Virus record (IMG/VR): IMGVR_UViG_3300026116_000038
From: an uncultured virus (IMG/VR IMGVR_UViG_3300026116_000038)
Taxonomy: Duplodnaviria > Heunggongvirae > Uroviricota > Caudoviricetes
Length of the DNA stretch: 20,000 bases
Reading direction: 5' to 3' (one strand)
Part shown: piece by piece, positions 15,791 through 20,000 of the stretch
Layout: every line of letters starts with the position of its first letter
How positions within the stretch are numbered: position 1 is the stretch's first letter
The notes under the pieces: model-generated
The model's input: only the letters and a program-made list of their open reading frames with translations
What the model was told of the DNA's origin: nothing
Databases searched by the model: none
Position numbers and translations under genes: made by a program

Positions 15791-16117
15791 ATGCCCAAAT
15801 TACTTCCCGGAATAAACGAATATTTAGAACAGATCAATGATAACAAACCTGTAACCGCAAAAGGTTTAGAAGATCTGGTATATAAAATTATTGTTCATAC
15901 AGGATTATCTTATACAACTTGTGAGGCTATAGTTAAAGAATATTTTCAATTAATAAGAAATGAAATGTTAAATGGAAATATTGTATATATTCAAGATATA
16001 GGTAAATTATATATTCAGTGTCCAAAAAACGGAACAAGCAAGAAAAAAATAATGCCTTTAATAAAACCTTTTAAAAAAATGAAAAATTGGTTAAAATATG
16101 TTCAATCAGAAGAATGA
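15791..16117 (+). CDS. HU/IHF-like DNA-binding protein
   Basis: TGLSYTTCEAIVKEYFQLIRNEMLNGNIVYIQDIGKLYI resembles the HU/IHF pattern GLSKxxAxxxV..F...I...L..G..V.I.xxG.F; the arm region is short. Confidence 0.7.
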   Translation: MPKLLPGINEYLEQINDNKPVTAKGLEDLVYKIIVHTGLSYTTCEAIVKEYFQLIRNEMLNGNIVYIQDIGKLYIQCPKNGTSKKKIMPLIKPFKKMKNWLKYVQSEE

Positions 16118-16367
16118 ATTAAATAATAATCAAGATGAAGAAATTAAAAAAGCTTCATCGAAAATTTTAGCCGGATACGTTGTAACTTATAAATTATTAA
16201 ATATTTATAAAGATCTTAGCATTAAGTGTATGGAAGAATTAATGAACCGCAGATCCGCAGGTGATAATTTTAAATTTGAAGATTATATTGAAGAACAAAT
16301 AAAAGATATCCCAAAACCAAACGATCTAACGAATATTTCTAAAATATTAGGAAAAGGTATAATTTAA
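16098..16367 (+). CDS. Hypothetical helical protein
   Basis: 89-aa ORF overlapping the HU-like gene and directly abutting the RNA ligase start. Confidence 0.7.
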   Translation: MFNQKNELNNNQDEEIKKASSKILAGYVVTYKLLNIYKDLSIKCMEELMNRRSAGDNFKFEDYIEEQIKDIPKPNDLTNISKILGKGII

Positions 16368-17597
16368 ATGAAAACTTTACTAGTTCAAGATTATCTACGT
16401 TCAGGTAAAACTTTAAATGATCTTATCATTGAACATGGAGTATATTCAAATATAACCAATGGAAAAATTGGATTATCCTATGATCAAATTGAATCAAGGC
16501 CATCAGATCCATTAGCTTGTGAATGCAGAGGTTTAATTTTAGAAGAAAATACTTATAACATTGTAGCGTTTCCGTTCAAAAGATTTTTTAATCTAGCCGA
16601 AGAATCCCTAATTCCTAAAGATTTTGATTGGAATTCGGCAAAAATTTATAATAAAATTGACGGAACACTCTGTATAATTTATAATTATAAAGATTGTTGG
16701 TACATGGGCACTAGGTCAAAACCTGAAGCCGATGTAGGTATTGATGGTGGAATGTTGACATTTTCAATGCTATTTGATCATACTGTAACTGAAATGTATA
16801 TAAATCAATATTATAAAACATATAATATTAATCCTTCGGGAAAGAAAAATATTCAAGATTTAATGAGTTGTTTTGGTGAAGATGCTAAAAAATATACATT
16901 TATGTTTGAATTAACAAGTCCATTAAATAGAATTGTATGTAATTACTATGGTTTAAATTTAACATTATTGGGAGTAAGAGATAACGAATCATTTCAGGAA
17001 CAAAATCCTGAAATTTGGTTAAATGATAAAACTGAATTATATGGGTTAAAAACTTCTGAAGTATTTTCATTTAAAGATATAAATGAAACTATTAATACTG
17101 TAAATTCTTGGAAGCCTGAAGAAAAGGAGGGTGTTGTAGTTGTAGATAAGAATTTTAATAGAATAAAAATTAAAAGTATAGCTTATTCTTTATTTAATAA
17201 AATGCGAGATAGTCTTTCAACTTCTGTTAGAGGTTGTATTGAAGCTATTTTATTAGGTAAAGATGATGATTTAATTGGAATGATGCCTCCAATAATTTCT
17301 GATAGATTAATTAGACTAAAACCTGCAATTCAAAAAGTTTTTACTCAAACTGAAATTGATTTTAATGAAATTAAAGATGTAGAAAATATGAAAGAATTTG
17401 CTGGGTATGCTGAATTTAAACTTTGGCCAGCAGCTATGTATGCTTTAAAACGTAAAAAAATAGAAAATATTCATCAATTTGCCTTAGGTCGACAACAAAA
17501 TGGTAAAATTTCTTCTGGATCTTTAGATACAATATTATCTTTATGTGAAAAAGTTGACCCGTCATTAAAAGATTTAAAACCACAAATAAATAATTAA
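16368..17597 (+). CDS. T4 Rnl1-like ATP-dependent RNA ligase
   Basis: ECRGLILE, VAFPFKRFFN, motif I KIDGT, FMFELTSPLNRIV, motif IV EGVVV, motif V RIKIKS. Confidence 0.92.
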   Translation: MKTLLVQDYLRSGKTLNDLIIEHGVYSNITNGKIGLSYDQIESRPSDPLACECRGLILEENTYNIVAFPFKRFFNLAEESLIPKDFDWNSAKIYNKIDGTLCIIYNYKDCWYMGTRSKPEADVGIDGGMLTFSMLFDHTVTEMYINQYYKTYNINPSGKKNIQDLMSCFGEDAKKYTFMFELTSPLNRIVCNYYGLNLTLLGVRDNESFQEQNPEIWLNDKTELYGLKTSEVFSFKDINETINTVNSWKPEEKEGVVVVDKNFNRIKIKSIAYSLFNKMRDSLSTSVRGCIEAILLGKDDDLIGMMPPIISDRLIRLKPAIQKVFTQTEIDFNEIKDVENMKEFAGYAEFKLWPAAMYALKRKKIENIHQFALGRQQNGKISSGSLDTILSLCEKVDPSLKDLKPQINN

Positions 17598-17606
17598 TAA
17601 ATAAAA

Positions 17607-17888
17607 ATGAATAAACCAATTAAATTTACATCAAAAATTAGCATAGAAAACATTGATGAAAATGATAATAGATATGATTTTTTAACTAAAACATGTAAAG
17701 AATATGGTTTTATTAGAAATTTAAATCAAATTGATAATTATTATGAAGGATTAGATAATGATTATAATTCATTAAAATCTAGAATTATTTTTTTGTTAAA
17801 ACTTCTTAAAAAAGAAAATATATTAGTAATAGACTATCAAATTTATGCTTTAGTTTATGATAATAAAGTGCACGGAATATTAGCATGA
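17607..17888 (+). CDS. Hypothetical protein
   Basis: 93-aa ORF with an ATGA overlap into the next gene. Confidence 0.65.
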   Translation: MNKPIKFTSKISIENIDENDNRYDFLTKTCKEYGFIRNLNQIDNYYEGLDNDYNSLKSRIIFLLKLLKKENILVIDYQIYALVYDNKVHGILA

Positions 17889-18376
17889 ATATCCAAAAAC
17901 AATTAACAACAGAATTAGTTCAATATATTTTATATAGTTTTGGATTTGGACAAAATATTATATATGATACCATAGGAATATATAAAGAAAAATATAAAAC
18001 AAATTATAATATAAAAATAGAATATGAAGAAAATATAGTTAAAAAACATCCAATTTATTCTGCTTCAATGAAAATTTCAGAATCAAAATTACATGTTTCA
18101 GCTGCATCTTTGAATTACGCAGATGAAATAAGCTATATTGCATTATTTAAAATGGATAATTTTCCTCTCTATGGAATAAAATTAGATTTGACAGATGGTT
18201 TAGGATATAGTATATTTTTAATATCCAAATCACCAGGATCTTGGAATAAAATATCTATGTACGACAAAATTGTAGCTTGTGCTGGAATTGAAAAATTAAA
18301 TGATTCTGGTGGTTTTTGGGAAAAAGATAGTCCAGAAGAATATTATAATAATCTAGTCGAACTTGCAGAAATGTAA
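17885..18376 (+). CDS. Hypothetical protein
   Basis: 163-aa ORF, translationally coupled start. Confidence 0.7.
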   Translation: MNIQKQLTTELVQYILYSFGFGQNIIYDTIGIYKEKYKTNYNIKIEYEENIVKKHPIYSASMKISESKLHVSAASLNYADEISYIALFKMDNFPLYGIKLDLTDGLGYSIFLISKSPGSWNKISMYDKIVACAGIEKLNDSGGFWEKDSPEEYYNNLVELAEM

Positions 18377-18379
18377 CGC

Positions 18380-18408
18380 TTGACAAATTAAAAAATCGGA
18401 GATAAAAT
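18380..18408 (+). promoter_or_regulatory. sigma70 promoter
   Basis: TTGACA-17 bp-TAAAAT; AGGA SD before ATG 18430. Confidence 0.7.
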
Positions 18409-18429
18409 AGATGCAACTAGGATTTTTTT

Positions 18430-18660
18430 ATGAAAATTTATATTGCATCCAAAATGCCCATTGCTACTTTGCGAGAAAATTATTCACAAGGTCCACCGGC
18501 TGATTTTTTAATAGATGACTTATTAGAAATTTCTGAATTAAATACTACATGTATATTAAATGATTTGGAAATCGCTCTGAATAAAATAAAAACCAAAAAA
18601 GCTAATTTTATTTATGAAATAGAAATAAAGGAAATTAAAAATTATGGTTACAATAAGTAA
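18430..18660 (+). CDS. Hypothetical protein
   Basis: 76-aa ORF downstream of a promoter and SD. Confidence 0.7.
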   Translation: MKIYIASKMPIATLRENYSQGPPADFLIDDLLEISELNTTCILNDLEIALNKIKTKKANFIYEIEIKEIKNYGYNK

Positions 18661-18802
18661 ACTAGGATCTGAATTGGATTCCGTTACTGTTAAAATAAAT
18701 AATAAAATTTATAATTTGTCAGAAAATTCCGATAAATTTGAACTTTATTTAGCAGTAAAAGAACTATCAAGAGTTTTATTGCAGTCACAGATGAAAAAAT
18801 AA
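18644..18802 (+). CDS. Small hypothetical protein (52 aa, not in the ORF track)
   Basis: MVTISKLGSELDSVTVKINNKIY...QSQMKK*; AAGGA upstream; fills the gap. Confidence 0.5.
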   Translation: MVTISKLGSELDSVTVKINNKIYNLSENSDKFELYLAVKELSRVLLQSQMKK

Positions 18803-18806
18803 TAAA

Positions 18807-18980
18807 ATGAGCTCTTCACCTTTTTTGTATAAAAATTCAGAAATTATTAAAGCTCACATTAATAAGCTTAAAAAACTTAAAATTGATAATTTAATTAAAA
18901 TTCATGAACTCGCACAATTGGAAAAACTAGAATTCGAATTAGTCGAGATAGAGAGCCGCGAACGACTAAATAAATGTTAG
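18807..18980 (+). CDS. Small coiled-coil-like protein (57 aa, not in the ORF track)
   Basis: MSSSPFLYKNSEIIKAHINKLKKLK...LEKLEFELVEIESRERLNKC*; 4-nt gap from the previous ORF. Confidence 0.5.
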   Translation: MSSSPFLYKNSEIIKAHINKLKKLKIDNLIKIHELAQLEKLEFELVEIESRERLNKC

Positions 18981-19005
18981 TTTTTAACTATTTTTGAGGG
19001 TTTTC

Positions 19006-19500
19006 ATGAAAAATGATGATGATTTTGTAAACGAATATATTTCCGAATGCATTGATCGTGGAATAAAAACCACAAAAGATATATGTAATGAAGCTAGAAA
19101 AGAAATGGATTCTATAGATAAAAAATTAATAGAAGCCAATAAATTAAGAATTAGATTTAAAAACTTAAAACAGGTTTTAAAAAATTTTAATCATGAATCT
19201 GTTCGTAAAAATCGTACAAATGATCATACTGTGATATTAAACCAAGGCGGCGATATTACTAAATCATTCTTTTATGAAGTTATGATTAAAATTTGTGATT
19301 ATATTGATTCTTCTGAATCACCATTTACTACTAGGGAAATTGCTAATCATGTTTCTGGAATAGAAAATGCTTCTGATACTTTTTTGTGTATTAAAGAATT
19401 AGCTGATAATGGTATCATTCTTCGTAATGAAGAACGTCAAATTATTAAAGGTCCTAAATGGAATGAACGTCCGCAATTATTAAATAATAAAACTGCATAA
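19006..19500 (+). CDS. Coiled-coil + winged-helix protein
   Basis: GAGG SD before ATG 19006; coiled coil ARKEMDSIDKKLIEANKLR; wHTH pattern PFTTREIANHV...IKELADNGIILR. Confidence 0.7.
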   Translation: MKNDDDFVNEYISECIDRGIKTTKDICNEARKEMDSIDKKLIEANKLRIRFKNLKQVLKNFNHESVRKNRTNDHTVILNQGGDITKSFFYEVMIKICDYIDSSESPFTTREIANHVSGIENASDTFLCIKELADNGIILRNEERQIIKGPKWNERPQLLNNKTA

Positions 19501-19505
19501 TATTA

Positions 19506-20000
19506 ATGTTTAGTGTTTTAATACTGTTGTTATTAAGTAGTATGTTAATAACTATATTATATAATATACTTTTCTTTAATAAAATAAAGAAAAAACAAAT
19601 AAATTGTTTTAAAAATGTAGGTTCAGCTGGAATTGCTGAAACGGAAATAACGTTACTATATGGAATAGCTTCATTTAAAATAAATGAAAATCTTTTTTAT
19701 ACTGATCTTCAAAAAATGCTGGATGTGACAAAGCCGGAAGCTGTAACGGCATTTGGTTCTATCTATGAACACATGATGGTGGTAGAAGCCTGCGCTCCAA
19801 AAGGCATACATGTGATGGTAGAAAAACCATTGGCCACCAACTTGGCACATGCCCAAAAAATGGAAGAGCTGGCAAAAAGATACAATATCCACCTGCTCAC
19901 GAATTATGAAACATCCTGGTATCCTACAACAGAAAAAGCATATCAACTCGCCAATGACAGCAATTATATGGGCGCTATCAAAAAAGTGGTGATTCATGAT
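19506..20000 (+). CDS. Gfo/Idh/MocA-family oxidoreductase body preceded by an unrelated hydrophobic N-terminus; runs off the window
   Basis: The frame is open from ATG 19506 to the end: YTDLQKMLDVTKPEAVTAFGSIYEH...GIHVMVEKPLATNLAHAQKM...LLTNYETSWYP. The EKP motif is present but the N-terminal GxG strand is absent. Confidence 0.8.
   Translation, partial: MFSVLILLLLSSMLITILYNILFFNKIKKKQINCFKNVGSAGIAETEITLLYGIASFKINENLFYTDLQKMLDVTKPEAVTAFGSIYEHMMVVEACAPKGIHVMVEKPLATNLAHAQKMEELAKRYNIHLLTNYETSWYPTTEKAYQLANDSNYMGAIKKVVIHD

Noticed and set aside
17434..17619. Minus-strand 61-aa ORF
   Set aside because: Antisense to the RNA ligase 3' end.
19671..19997. Minus-strand 108-aa ORF
   Set aside because: Antisense shadow of the + strand Gfo/Idh/MocA frame.
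1..20000. Genome-wide TGA recoding (code 4 or 25)
   Set aside because: All long enzymes are intact in code 11 and use TGG for Trp; TGA ends genes in ATGA overlaps at 13505, 13979 and 17885.

Overview
AT-rich, gene-dense, mostly + strand segment that looks like part of a large (jumbo-like) bacteriophage genome. No tRNA, rRNA, CRISPR array, integrase or transposase is visible. Recognisable genes: a 5'-truncated ATP-dependent DNA ligase, a divergent Thg1-like protein, a MoxR-type AAA+ ATPase/DUF2201 HExxH-VWA/metallophosphoesterase operon, an AT-hook + winged-helix protein, a degenerate MazG-like protein, three tandem LHRxDGPA-repeat paralogs, a PQ-loop/SemiSWEET protein, a Dps/ferritin-like protein, a second metallophosphoesterase, a permuted DHH-like protein, an HU/IHF-like protein and a T4 Rnl1-like RNA ligase. 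Main observations: (1) a 12-residue C-terminal motif shared in exact register by six small proteins from two unrelated families; (2) a structured non-coding region at 15108-15790 with AGATCT palindromes, a GC island of 12-bp repeats and two hairpins with a conserved loop, next to the HU-like gene (candidate origin); (3) several in-frame TGA codons and frameshifts restricted to accessory genes; (4) a compositional junction near 19620-19680 into a bacterial-type Gfo/Idh/MocA oxidoreductase. All family calls come from motif recognition by eye; no database searches were run.
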